Source: Octopus vulgaris (Eukaryota). From it: a stretch of DNA of 64,000 nucleotides. The DNA is taken from the NCBI GenBank assembly GCA_951406725.2, contig OX597820.1, forward strand, positions 82,274,001 to 82,338,000. The letters are read 5' to 3'. A program made the translations under genes and the position numbers. The notes beneath the pieces are model-generated. The model was not told the DNA's origin and searched no databases. It saw nothing but the letters and a program-made list of their open reading frames with translations. Positions 50,373 through 63,414 of the stretch are shown piece by piece (position 1 is the stretch's first letter; the number at the start of each line of letters is the position of its first letter).

Positions 50373-50473
50373 GTGAAATGTCGTGAGATTTACTGTGCTG
50401 AAGGATTCTTCTTGAATATACCTGAAATACCTGGAGCAGTGGCTTCTGTCAAAGAGTTGAGTAACATGGAGAA
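50373..50473 (+). CDS. NT5M: NT5M/NT5C exon 2
   Basis: ttctctttttag|GTG...AA|gtaagt. Encodes VKCREIYCAEGFFLNIPEIPGAVASVKELSNME, similar to family FFxxLEPxPGAVEAVKEM. 101 nt, phase 0 to 2. Confidence 0.93.
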
Positions 50474-50581
50474 GTAAGTATTTATCTGTCAGTCTCTTTA
50501 TTAATCTACTCTCCTTGGCATCCTTTCCACTTTATCTCTCTCTCCTGCTATATACATATATATATATATATATATATTTAT

Positions 50582-52406
50582 ACATGGAGAAAGCCTTTGA
50601 CAGGGTCCCCCGATCCCTCATCTGGTGGTCAATGAGGAAACTAGGAATAGATGAATGGTTAGTGAGAGCTGTGCAAGCCATGTGCAGGGACGCTGTAAAT
50701 AAGGTAAGGGTTGGCAATGAGTACACTGAAGAATTCAAGGTAGAGGTTGGGGTCCATCTGGGTTCAGTCCTCAGCCCCTCCTATTTATCATAGTCCTCCA
50801 GGCAATAACAGAGGAATTCAAGACAGGATGCCCCTGGGAGCTCCTCTATGCTGACGACCTTGCTCTAATTGTTGAGTCACTATCAGAACTAGAGGAGAAG
50901 TTTCAAGTGTGGAAACAAGGATTAGAATCGAAGGTCCTTAAAATCAACCTAGCTAAAACCAAAGTCCTAATAAGTAGGAAGGCAGGCAAACCACAAATCC
51001 CTTCAGTTAGATGGCCCTGCTCGATCTGTAGTAGAGGCGTAGGTAGAAACTCTATAAGATGTACCCAGTGTAAGCTATGGACACATAAGAGGTGCATTAA
51101 TATCAAAGGAAGGCTAACTGGGAAGATAGTTTTTGTATGTGGCAGATGCTCGGGAGCGATAAACACTGAAAATGCGTAGAGACCAACTTCCGCCACATTT
51201 GAAGGAGAAAAACTAGATGTAGTTGATAGCTTCCGTTATCTAGGTGACCGAGTCAGTAGTGAAGGAGGGTGCGCTGAAAGTGTAGCTGCTAGAATAAGAA
51301 TAGCCTGGGCAAAGTTCAGAGAGCTCTTACCTCTGCTGGTGAGAAAGGGCCTCTCGCTCAGAGTAAAAGGTAGACTGTATGATGCATGTGCACAAATAGC
51401 CATGCTACACGGCAGGGAAACATGGGCTGTGACTGCTGAGGACATGCGTAAGCTCACAAGGAATGAAGCCAGTATGATCCGATGGATGTGTAATGTCAGT
51501 GTGCATACTCGACAGAGTGAAAGTACCTTGAGAGAAAAGTTGAACCTAAGAAGCATTAAATGTGGTGTGCAAGAGAGACGACTGCGCTGGTATGGTCATG
51601 TGGCTAGAATGGATGAGGATAGCTGTGTGAAAAAGTGCCACACCCTAGCGGTTGAGGGAACCTGTGGAAGAGGTAGACCCAGGAAGACCTGGGATGAAGT
51701 GGTGAAGCACGACCTTCGAACATTAGGCCTCACTAAGGAAATGACTAGCGACTGAGACTTTTGGAAATATGCTGTGCTCGAGCCAAATGGGACCATAACA
51801 TGTGGCCTATGCCAGGAGCATAACCAGCCCACTTATGCGTACCTTTTCCTTCTTTGGTCACTAAACTCTGTATGTGAAGACCTTTTGAGGCAAGTGAAAT
51901 CAAAATCAATTCGATGACTGGCATCTGTGCTAGCGGGGTGCAAAGAGCACCATACGAGTGTGATTGTTGACAGAGTGGCTATTCGAGTATGATCGTTACC
52001 AGCGTCGCCTTACTGGCACTGATGCCTGTGCTAGTAGGGTGCCAAGAGCACCATCTGAGCGTGATTGTTGCCAGAGCAGCCAACTGGCTTCCGTACCCAT
52101 GGCATGTACAAGGGCACCATTCGAGCGTGATCGTTACTAATGTCGCTTCACTGAGACCTGTGCCGGTGGTACATGTAAAAAGATTCGAGCGAGGTCATTG
52201 CCAGTACCACCTGACTGGCCCCCATGCCAGTGGCACGTAAAAAGCACCCACTACACTCTCGGAGTGGTTGGCGTTAGGAAGGGCATCCAGCTGTAGAAAC
52301 TCTGTCAGATCAAGATTGGAGCCTGGTGCAGCCATCTGGCTCGCCAGCCCTCAGTCAAAATCGTCCAACCCATGCTAGCATGGAAAGCGGACGTTAAACG
52401 ATAATA

Positions 52407-52440
<34 letters not shown>
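50582..52440 (+). mobile_element. 5'-truncated RTE LINE with uninterrupted PHD-like insert and (GAT)n tail
   Basis: MEKAFDRVPR...LLYADDL...WPCSICSRG...CTQCKLWTHKRC...CGRC...RLRWYGH, then 3' UTR repeats and (GAT)n. Confidence 0.95.
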
Positions 52441-52441
<1 letters not shown>

Positions 52442-52454
52442 ATATATATATATA

Positions 52455-52843
52455 TGGGCCTCCATGTTGAGTCTGAGGCCGTGTGGGAAGATGAATGGAG
52501 GCATAACATCATCATCACTAGTGATCACTCCAAACACCATGATGTTGATTGGATGTTTGATTTTTATCACTCTCAGTACATGTTCTCACATTGCACTGTC
52601 CTCAGATTGATACCCAAACACTTTGAAATGTTTGTATTGGAGCTTCTGGTATGAATGCCAAACAGTACAGCACGTCATTTCCAAATTTCTGACAGATTCA
52701 ATTGCATCATGGTTTTGTTTTTCTTGCAGATGGTGCCCAACTGACCCTATTGTACTGTGCAGTTAACAAAATCAAAAGCAAACAATGTGCATGCGCAAAA
52801 TTAAAAATATAAAATGGCCACAATTTACCCATTGCACCCTGTA
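52455..52843 (-). mobile_element. Tc1/mariner-like fragment
   Basis: Right end caatttacccattgcaccctg|ta reads as a CAGGGTG-type terminus with TA on the minus strand. Confidence 0.45.
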
Positions 52844-52895
<52 letters not shown>

Positions 52896-54078
52896 TCTCT
52901 CACACTATCATCTATGCGATATCTAATGTTTCCACTTCTCAACACTCAATTATACATCCACCACCACTTCCACCTCTACCACTACATCATAACCACCTCC
53001 ACCACTACCACATCACCACCACTACATCACAATCATCAGCAGCAGCACCAGCAGCAGCACCAGCATCTAACATCTTGAGTGATGTTTGCTGTAGATTATA
53101 ATTGGGGTGTCATATGTATTTGACTTTGAAATATGCTGCTGTCTTCCAGTTTAAATAATCCATTTTCAAAACACATATGCACAAATGTGAATACACACTC
53201 ATATTCACACACATATGAACACACACTCATATTCACATGCCAACACACACACATGACCCAAATGTTGTCTTACATGGCATTAATTCCTGTAACTATGTCG
53301 TTATAACTGTTGTTGTTGCTGTATTTTAGCCCTTGGTCAACACTCATCCAGCAGGCCTATAGTCAAAGGTCTCCTGGCTGTAAATCATCCTACATTATTT
53401 TTTATCAGACATAGTGTATCTAGAACAACATTATCCTGTGTGTCTTTTATAAAGATTACAGAATGTGATTTGAGAGAAATTCAGCTGCTATTTCTAGCAG
53501 TTTCATGACCACATAGGGGTACCTTTACTTGCTTATGTTGTTGTTAAACCACAGGTCAATCTTGAACCACTAAATCTACTTTATAAGGTACTCTAGCTGT
53601 GTATATAATTAGTATTAGATGGACTATTTTTAGTGATATTCCTTTGTAAAAGAGTACTATTGCAACCTTTGTACTTACATGAATGTTACATGAAGAGTAA
53701 GTATAGTTAATAGTTGAAAGTTGAACATATTGACTACAAAAGCATTATTGAGCTGCTAACAAAATATGAACATGAATTTTCTCTCATGAGGGTACCAAGT
53801 GAACACTTCCATTTTTTTAATTTAAGAAGGCCTCTGGATCGAGCAGACATTTTTGTTGATATGAACTGGTAACCTCTAACTTGTTGTTCAGTAACTTATT
53901 GACTTATCTATCAATACTGGTAATCAATCAATCAATCATATTAATTCTCTGTTGTAATATCTGTCAATCAATGAAATTTCTATTTGTTAAATTATATCAA
54001 CCTAAATTATTATTGACTTGAATAGTTTCCTGTTTAGTAACTAACTAATCAGTTATCCTCTTTTCTTTTCTTCTTTAG

Positions 54079-54142
54079 TGTTGAAGTATTTATTTGTACC
54101 AGCCCACTTATTGGAAATTACAGATACTGTGTCAGAGAGAAA
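54079..54142 (+). CDS. NT5M: NT5M/NT5C exon 3 (remaining exons not found in the window)
   Basis: ttcttctttag|T GTT GAA GTA TTT ATT TGT ACC AGC CCA...GAG AAA|gtaatg gives VEVFICTSPLIGNYRYCVREK (HAD motif II VFICTSP). Confidence 0.93.
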
Positions 54143-54191
54143 GTAATGTATAAATTTAAATATGTGTGCACATATGTGTATGTGTATATAG

Positions 54192-54252
<61 letters not shown>

Positions 54253-54254
<2 letters not shown>

Positions 54255-54675
54255 ATCTTTTCGGTTTAATCGGCAGTTTTTAAAAATAATTTCCACGTAA
54301 CTAAACACTTTTAAACTTCGTATACTGGTAAAATATTTTTATAAAACATCTTTTTCTCTTGGCTTTATTGAGAAAATTCTATAGTTTGTAAGATATTTGT
54401 TGTTTTTTTTTTCTGCAATTTCTGCAATTTCAACCAATCAATGGCGTCTATTGAGGTGAAAACATTCTGTGCCGTATGAATATGTCCCTCGTTTAAGAAA
54501 CAGATTGGGTTTATTTACATTTCTGAAGAAAAAAAGATACCCTGCCCCCTAACCAACCCTAACTCTTACCCTAAAACAGATTGAAATGCAATAGATCGAT
54601 ACTAGGGTCATAATTATGGGTGGCAATTTCATATGACACTGCTAGAAAAAACTGCCGTTCAAACTGAAAAGATCC
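54253..54675. mobile_element. TA-flanked MITE with ~29-bp TIRs
   Basis: agatcttttcggtttaatcggcagttttt / aaaaactgccgttcaaactgaaaagatcc, with TA on both sides. Confidence 0.8.
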
Positions 54676-54855
54676 TATATATAAATATCATAATGTTTAT
54701 ATGCCAACAGAATGTGGTGGTCCTCTAAAGGACGATGTTACCGTTGTTTTAACCCCAGAAAAAAAATCTCTTCCAGCTGGCTATCAACACAGTTTGTATC
54801 TGTATATTGTATTTGCAAGGGAGGTCATTGCTCCCATCTCTAGCCTTATATAATA

Positions 54856-54899
54856 CTCACAGACCTAGGTTTCTGGATGTCATCTGTCCTCAGTGTGAG
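54856..54899 (-). ncRNA. Type I hammerhead ribozyme motif, canonical core
   Basis: Minus strand: ctcaca CTGAGGA cagatg a catcca GAAAC ctag GTC tgtgag. Perfect 6-bp helix I, palindromic ACCTAGGT helix III; helix II is damaged. Confidence 0.75.
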
Positions 54900-55059
54900 A
54901 CAATCACAAGCTAGTGATGAAAGCTCTCTCTCCACTTGCAAATACTGTATTTTCTTTAAGTGACACACATCAACTTGCTGCTGATACTGCCAGACATGTT
55001 GTTGGTACTACTTTTGTTGATGTTGCTGCAACAAAAACAACAACAGCAATGGCAGCACC

Positions 55060-55345
55060 AACAGTATAAGAATGCATATATGAAATGGAAGAACCTTTTA
55101 AGCTGGAACTAAATAATTACAGATCCTCTTTTAGGATTCCAGAGAGGTGCAATGTTACGTTTTTGGTTAACTACATATGGCATTTAAAAGAAGGAACACC
55201 ATACAGGACTAAATGGAAGCTCCTGGAGCAGCCTGTATTTTTACCTCCATTGGTAAAGAGGTTATGTGCCTCTGTCAGCAGGTCTTGTGACTTGCTTATA
55301 TTACTGAGAAGAGTAATAGACATAAAACCAGTAGTAAATTTCTGA
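55060..55345 (+). mobile_element. Decayed Penelope-like GIY-YIG fragment (Naiad-like)
   Basis: EEPFKLELNNYRSSFR...TFLVNYIWHLKE...KWKLL parallels the EN at 17508-17996. Confidence 0.65.
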
Positions 55346-55442
55346 CTGGCCACAACCAATGACTACATAAAATATTACTACTCAAAAAAAAGTTTTAGAG
55401 TGTGCTTTTTTTATTTTTACTTATGAACAACTGACTGATTTG

Positions 55443-55501
<59 letters not shown>

Positions 55502-55513
55502 GTGTGTATATAT

Positions 55514-55679
55514 AGGGAGAGTTTATGGAAAAAACAAAAGATGAAGACAAGTGGTGTACAAAACAAACAGATGTATTAGTATGATGCTCAGGAATAGAAA
55601 AAGTCTTTTATGTTTCGAGCCTACGCTCTTCTACAGAAAGGAACACAGAAAAAACAAGGAGAGAAAAAAATGTGTGTAG

Positions 55680-55680
<1 letters not shown>
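55514..55680 (-). mobile_element. Solo Neptune-type terminal fragment with hammerhead-like motif (55604-55641)
   Basis: Minus strand: ccttt CTGTAGA A GAGC gtag GCTC GAAAC ATA aaaga. Homologous to 12511-12705. Confidence 0.8.
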
Positions 55681-55996
<316 letters not shown>

Positions 55997-56724
55997 ATTT
56001 GTGTCTGTGTGCTGTAAATATGTACTGTAGGGTAATGAAGGTTACTGGATTATTCTGAGAATTGTTAGCTTGCAGAACTGAATTCACCATCTCATGAATG
56101 TAATCGTAAAGAAAGGTCTCTGATTGGCTGATTTGACACTGCACAGAGACTTGAGTCTTCATTAGTTCTCCTATAATCTGATTATGTAACAGGAATAATT
56201 CTAATTAACCTTATTTTTATCTTTCCATAAAAAAATTATTGATGTTGAAACTAATTTGTATATCACCAACTTGTGTATAAAATCCATGCCAATGAAGGAA
56301 ATTTATGTGGTCGCTCAATCTGCCAAAAATAGCAGCTAAATTCCTTCAAATTACATCGCTATTTTCTTATGGAAGGAAAGGACACATTATACAATTCAGT
56401 CCTAGATATCTCCTATATAAAAATGGGCTGGTCAAAGCTAGAATTGATCATGTCGGCTCACTCGCTACTGACCTGGAATCAAACAACAACAACAACTGTA
56501 ATATTATAATCTTTTCTACTATAGGCACAAGGTCTAAAATTTTGTGGGAAAATGCTATTTGATTACACCGAGCACAGTGCTCAACTGATACTTATTTCTA
56601 CAATCCTGAAAGGATGAATGGCAAAGTGGAACTTGAACTCAGAAAGCATAGGCAAACAAAATGTTGCAAAGCATTTTGTCTGGCATGCTACTAATTTTGC
56701 CAGCTCACCACCTTTATATATATA

Positions 56725-57123
56725 CTAGCAGTATCGCCCGGCGTTGCTCAGGTTTGTAAGGGAAATAACTATATAAGCATTTTTAGAGAGTTATAGCCAA
56801 AAAATAGCAAAAAAATGCATAAAAAATTGAAAAAAAATTAAGGTAATTTTTTTTTTTAAATCGTTGACACATAGTAGATATTTTTAGAGAGTTACTTCCC
56901 TTATATAATAACGAAAAATATGCATTAAAATGGAAAAATATGATGGTAATTTTCTTTTAAATCGTAGACTCATCGTAGACGCGCGCTAATACCCAGAAGG
57001 GCTCGATATGAAACACGACTATAAGATACCCGCTTTTGGTTAAACTGCACCGCAAAATGTGGGAGTAGTTACGAATCTAAATCGTAGGAGACAGACACAC
57101 AACTTCACTTTTATATATAAAGA
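56725..57123 (-). mobile_element. Non-autonomous Helitron (399 bp)
   Basis: Minus 5' end TCTTTATATATAAAAG. 3' hairpin cctgagcaacgccggg then CTAG. Inserted at A^T with no TSD. Confidence 0.88.
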
Positions 57124-57235
57124 TATAAGCCACGTAGTTATATACACATACTTTGTTATATACACATTCTTAAAAGAAAATGTTATTTTGAACACAACAT
57201 TTACAAAGAATAAAATATTTTTTGGTTTTTCTTAA

Positions 57236-58301
57236 CCCTTTCGTTACTATATTTCTGACCAAAATACACCCCTTATGTGTTTCAATTAATTTCTAACGTA
57301 ATCATAAATTTAGTCTGGTTTCATTAAACAACTATAACTTTTTTATTTATGAATATATTAATCTGATTTTTGGAAGATAATTTAGTGAAATGTTCTCAAC
57401 CAATTCTATACTATAATTTTTGTCACAAAGTGACTCTAATTGCAGGTAGATACAGGTAAATTCAACAATATATAAAATTATTAAAATTTTGTTCAAACAT
57501 CGCTATAGAAAATGGGTTATTAGCTAATATTCAATTGGGTATACAACAAAATTTTACGATAGAATTTGTTATTCTGGGTAACTTTCTAATACCCATAATA
57601 ATATTTATGGCAAAATAGGCCTTAATTTCATTTAAGGTTGTGGGAAATAACAAACTATCGTTTCTTTCGCTTTGTTTACGTTTAGCGTAACAGTTCGTTT
57701 CCGCCGTAATGATTTCAAATGGGCTCATTCGAAAAAGTAAAAAGAAATAGTTTAAGGCTTTACGCTTCTGGGAAAGTCTGTGGCTTGGTCCAGTTTCTTC
57801 AGAAAAATCACCGAAAGAAACAGTTTTTAAATTTTCACTCCATTCAGGTGCCAAATCATTTTCTTTATCGCTGTCGGAGATCTCAGATTCACTGTTTTCA
57901 CTTTCGGAAAATGAAACATCAGATTCATTATCAAATACCACATGCTTTTTTTTTCAGTCATAGAGTTAGATTTATGAAGGTCTTCAGTAGAAAATCCTTC
58001 GAATTCTGACTCGCTGCTTGATATAATGAAATTCGTATCCCTTTTTTGTCAGAATTACAAATTTTGAAAACACAATAGGAACAAATTTCGGAAAAAAATC
58101 TCCCATAATTCACGGAATTAAAATTACACTTCGATTTTTGTACAAAACTGTAGTTGAACTGTTTACGAAGTATAATACGTGTTTTCACGAATGTTCTAAA
58201 GAGATTTACTCTGATATTCTCATTTAAATATGAATAGGTAAATTCGGGCAGCTTGGTCACATTAATCAAAATTTTTTTCGGGCGGTTTGGTAACGAAAGG
58301 G
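57236..58301 (-). mobile_element. Internally deleted piggyBac transposon
   Basis: TTAA|ccctttcgttac...gtaacgaaaggg|TTAA. ORF 57531-57941 has an acidic N-term and FFLLF...AETNCYA...EIKAYFAINIIMG...LP (piggyBac transposase N-terminal region). Confidence 0.92.
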
Positions 58302-58390
58302 TTAAACGGATGCATACATTTATTAATAACTATATATAAGTGTTGTCTGTTTATACATAAACACTGTTTCATACTGCAATTATATATACA

Positions 58391-59667
58391 TATATCTATA
58401 TTATATAATAAAATATATACAGAGTAAAATAAAAACCAATTTACCTTTTCTGTATTGTTATAGCAATTCGACCGTCCGTGTGTCTTTGCAAATGTGTTGG
58501 AATGATAAGTGAGTTGTGTTTTGGCGCCTTTTTTACTAATAACAAACACACACGTGTTTGTATGTAGTTGTTTGAAACGTTTGTTTGTCACTGTCATATA
58601 TGTATGTGTATGCGTGTGTGTGAGGAATGACACACACACACACTCACGCACGCACGCACACATGTACATCAATGCTTTTATCAGCGTCATAGACAGAAAC
58701 AAATATTATATCGCCATCGCATTCTATTGTCTACCTGTCAACACACACACAGTGAATTACTTTCACTTTATTCGTTGCACACTGTGTGTGTGCATGTGCG
58801 TGTGCTGTAAACCACACTAAGAAAAGCATTTGTCATACACACCAGAATGTGAGTTTTCTGTAAATTTTGCTTAATTGGAGTTTAAATTTTAAAAACTGGA
58901 CCTGGCACGAACCGATGCATTCTACTCTTAAAAATAATAGGTAAATTGTAATTGAAGAAATCCTATATTGTAGATTTCTATAACAAACAAAGGGAGGCAG
59001 ATAAAATCTGCCTTTTATAATAAGAGATATATCTATATTATATAATAAAATATATACAGAGTAAAATAAAAACCAATTTACCTTTTCTGTATTGTTATAG
59101 CAATTCGACCGTCCGTGTGTCTTTGCAAATGTGTTGGAATGATAAGTGAGTTGTGTTTTGGCGCCTTTTTTACTAATAACAAACACACATGTGTTTGTAT
59201 GTAGTTGTTTGAAACGTTTGTTTGTCACTGTCATATATGTATGTGTATGCGTGTGTGTGAGGAATGACACACACACACTCACGCACGCACGCACACATGT
59301 ACATCAATGCTTTTATCAGCGTCATAGACAGAAACAAATATTACATCGCCATCGCCATCGCATTCTATTGTCTACCTGTCAACACACACACAGTGAATTA
59401 CTTTCACTTTATTCGTTGCACACTGTGTGTGTGCGTGTGCGTGTGCTGTAAACCACACTAAGAAAAGCATTTGACATACACACCAGAATGTGAGTTTTCT
59501 GTAAATTTTGCTTAATTGGAGTTTAAATTTTAAAAACTGGACCTGGCACGACCCGATGCATTCTACTCTTAAAAATGCTAGGTAAATTGTAATTGAAGAA
59601 ATCCTATATTGTAGATTTCTATAACAAACAAAGGGAGGCAGATAAAATCTGCCTTTTATAATAAGAG

Positions 59668-59668
<1 letters not shown>
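58391..59668. repeat. Recent tandem duplication (637 + 641 bp)
   Basis: Units 58391-59027 and 59028-59668 are nearly identical apart from small microsatellite indels and a few substitutions. Confidence 0.95.
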
Positions 59669-59728
<60 letters not shown>

Positions 59729-59961
59729 CACACACACATTAATTAAAATCTTAGAGTAGCAAGAATATTCATAGAAAAATTCTTAGTTATCAGTGGTCTA
59801 GCAAGAAAGAAAAAATTAGTCAATAGACTATATATTATTCAAAGAAGAATACAGTGTACGTTCAGACACAAAAGAGATACCTGAAGAATAGGATATCTGA
59901 CTTGGAGTTTTAACTGCTCTTTCTAGCGAGTCAAATATCCTATTGTTCAGGTATCTTATAT

Positions 59962-60042
<81 letters not shown>

Positions 60043-60074
60043 CATATACACACACATATATATATAGTAATATT

Positions 60075-60300
60075 AGTTTCAAATTTTGGCACAAGACCAG
60101 TAATTACAGGTGAATGGATAAGTTGATTACATCACCCCACCCACCCCTCCCTTTCCCAGTGTTTAACTGGTACTTATTTTATCAACCCCCAAAAGGATGA
60201 AAGGCAAAAGCTGACCCCAGCAGAATTTGAACTCAAAATGTAAAGATGGACGAAGTGTTGCTATGCATTTTGCCCAGCATGCTTTTGATTCTGCCAACTT
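60075..60300 (-). mobile_element. Deu/Nin-type SINE
   Basis: ctggtacttattttatcaacccccaaaaggatgaaaggcaaa...atttgaactc. Confidence 0.8.
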
Positions 60301-61429
60301 ACCACACCAGTATAGTAATATTGATATTTCATGTTAAGGGATGCAAGGCATTACTTTTAGAGGGATGTAAGTATCTTTTTTTTTGAGGGTCTTCAAATAT
60401 TTGAAATGTAGTATACTACATCTGTTTTTATATTTCTTATCTTATAATCTCATTAAATGTATGGTTTCCATAAATACTTCTAAAATGAGTGAAGCTGCCA
60501 GTTTTGCTAATATTAAGTAATTTTCTGTTTTTATTTTCTCTCTAAATAGGTTTTTTTTTTTTTTTTTTATCAATATATTTCACTTTAAAATGTTACCTTG
60601 CCTGGGTTTGAAGCTAACCAGATTATGTTGATAACTGCTGTATTCTGCTTCTGTAATTGAATGAGAGCAAAACTGCATATTTCGTCATCTTTTTCTGTGA
60701 TATGAGTTATCTTTCTCACTTTCTGGAATCACTTCACACATCATCCATCCTTGATTCTTGATATCGTCCCTCTCCTCTCACATTTTACACTGATCACACT
60801 TCTGCACTACTCAATCATCTCTTCTTCTCAACCACCATTCATCACATTCTTCCCACACACTTCATCAATCTCTTCCTTCACCCATGTGCAATGTATCTGC
60901 ACACACACATCATCTCCCACTCTCTCATTCTTCCCCTGTGTACTGTATTATCACTGTTCTGCTGCTCTTACCCCCCTCCTTCTGTGCTATCAGTTATCAC
61001 ATATTATCCCCTGCCTTCCCATTTCATGTATCATTGATTATTCCTGCAACCCTACCCATTTTCTACAGACATCACTTATTCTTCTTTACCTTCTACCTGT
61101 CTATTTATCACCAACCATTCCCCAGGTAATGTCCTTCATTACATTCACCCTCTTACCCATTCCCCATCTCTAACCATCATTCATTTGCCTCCTACGATCT
61201 TGCAGTCTCTACCCACCCCTCTTTCTCTGTCTTGTCACCACTCACTTCTGTTCACTCTCTTGTGCCTTTGGAGTCCACCCTGATACTTCTTCAACATTGT
61301 TTTATCTCTCCTTCTAGTTCCACTCCCACCCACACTTCTATAATATGAGCAGTCATATATCTCTTCTACGGCAAGTATCCTGTTCTGTTCTCACTCTTTC
61401 TTTCATCCTGGGTTCTCTTTGTGGGTTTT

Positions 61430-63350
61430 GCATATTCCATATGCATTTATTACTTCCTTAATTTATTACCTCCTCAAGAAGTGTTCATTTTCTTCTTGAT
61501 GAGAGCCTAAATTTGTCTTCCGTTTCTCTTTGACACTCGTTAACTTGCTTCCTTTTTCTGCTCTTTTCCAGTATAATTGGCCCACATCAGATTGGAAATG
61601 CATGCCACTGTGCATTGTGAACTATTTCTTCAGGTTTCTGTCAGTGTCCTTCTGTTCTTCATGTCTCCATTCAATAACTCGTGCTCCATACCTCATTAGG
61701 TATACTGCCTTCAGGTTAATTGTTTGTATGATGTTTTCTGAATTCAGTTTGGATTTCAGAGTCTTCTCCATTTTTAAACGAGTTTCCTTCTCTTCTATAC
61801 TTTTGATTTTTTATATTCTCCTGATATTCCCAAATGTTTGTTTCATCTGTATTTAATAATTTTGTATTTTCATCTTTAATTGGTCCTTCACTCTCTTACT
61901 TTCTGTTCATCAGACACTAGGTGTTTCTCATAGAAGTGTTGGTACACTTCTGTAATTACCCCTTTTAAGAATTTCCACATAACTGGTCAGATTCCTTTCA
62001 ATTTGCCTGTCAGTCTTAGGCAATATCAGTCTCATTTAGTTGTTTTACTATGGTTTCATGGTAGTTTGTAAATCCCTTCAGCCAGAACCATGGCCAGTTC
62101 TAGTCCTACTGCTTTCAACTTTCCTTCCTTTTCCTAATTACTTTTGAATATTTGCTTTTATGAGGATAACATCTTTCTACTTCTCAACATTTTCAGTGTA
62201 ATTTTCCACTTGTTTTGTCCATTGTGTTCGGCAGATTTTTAAAAATAAATTTCTCCTCTAAACAGCTTGCTTTCTGCAGCATCTGATCTTATACTGTAAT
62301 TTCTCTTTTTTTTTCCTTCAAGAAGATCCAATAGGTATGTATGGTTTGATTGAAATAGTTGATTTTGCTTATATTGGCTGTTTGTTTCATTATTCTTTCT
62401 GATTTGGACAGTTTTTGACTTTACCTTCTGCTTCAGTTTTTCCATCTTTTAAAAATTTTTCCTTACATGATACATTTCCTCTAATCTACCTTTGCTCTCT
62501 TCTCTTTAACCCTTTAGCATTTAGATTAATTTGTCAAAAGTAATCCTTATTTATTCACATTTAAAAAAAAATTATCTGATATTATTTTGTACCTTCAAGA
62601 TAGGAAAGATGTAATTGCTTATTTTTAGAGTGACATTGCAGGGTAGGTGTGAGATGCATGTTCTGGCCAGTTTGAGCATAAAATGTGTAGAATATTTGGG
62701 CCGGATACAGCCGGTTTAAACACTAAAGGGTTAATCTCTTCTCTTCCACCGGTCTGGTATACTTATATCTTTCCTCAGACCACTGCTTTTTCCACTAAGG
62801 TGTTTGCTAGTTCTTCTTTTGTCCTTTTCTTCATCTAACAATCTTGCAGTTATATTAGTACCTGCTAATATCAATGTCTTTGTATATTTAATGCGTTTTA
62901 TTAGCAATCTTACCAACCATACTGCTTTTGTTGTTTTTTCCTTAACCTCAAATTAACTGATTCTAGGGCCTCACTTCCTTCAGTTTCTACCTCAACATAA
63001 AATTTCCTCTTTTTGTATATGTTGGATTTTTGCCCTTGTTTCAACTGCAAATATATTTTCTTGGCTGTCTATGAGGGTCACATTCTCCTGATTCTCAGAA
63101 GAGTTACTGCCATTTACTTGGTTTTAATATCCTGAGTATTACAATTTTAGATTGATCTTTCTCTGTATGCCTTGAATTTTTTAGGAAAATATTTTTCATT
63201 CCTGATTCACAATACCTGACTTGTTGTTGTTCACTGAGTTTAATACTCTCATATCATTCTGGATGACCAGCATTCTTTTCTGGAATTCTCACTTGATTCA
63301 TTTCTTGGATAACATTTGATTACTATCGTGTTGATTTCCTTTTTCCACTC
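61430..63350 (-). mobile_element. Decayed R4/Dong-like non-LTR retrotransposon
   Basis: Minus strand remnants YKQNQLFQSN, INLKAVYLMRYGA..IEW and TMHSGMHFQSDVGQLYWKR..GSKL resemble the R4/Dong QNxLF and HPxSDVxRLYxxRxxGGRGL motifs. Confidence 0.6.
62510..62730. mobile_element. piggyBac-type MITE (221 bp)
   Basis: TTAA|ccctttagcattt...aaacactaaaggg|TTAA; reverse-oriented relative of 13625-13845. Confidence 0.9.
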
Positions 63351-63414
63351 AACTTTTTTACACAGTAGTAACAAGATGATATCAAGGATTGCACTACTGC
63401 TGTTGTTGCTGTTA

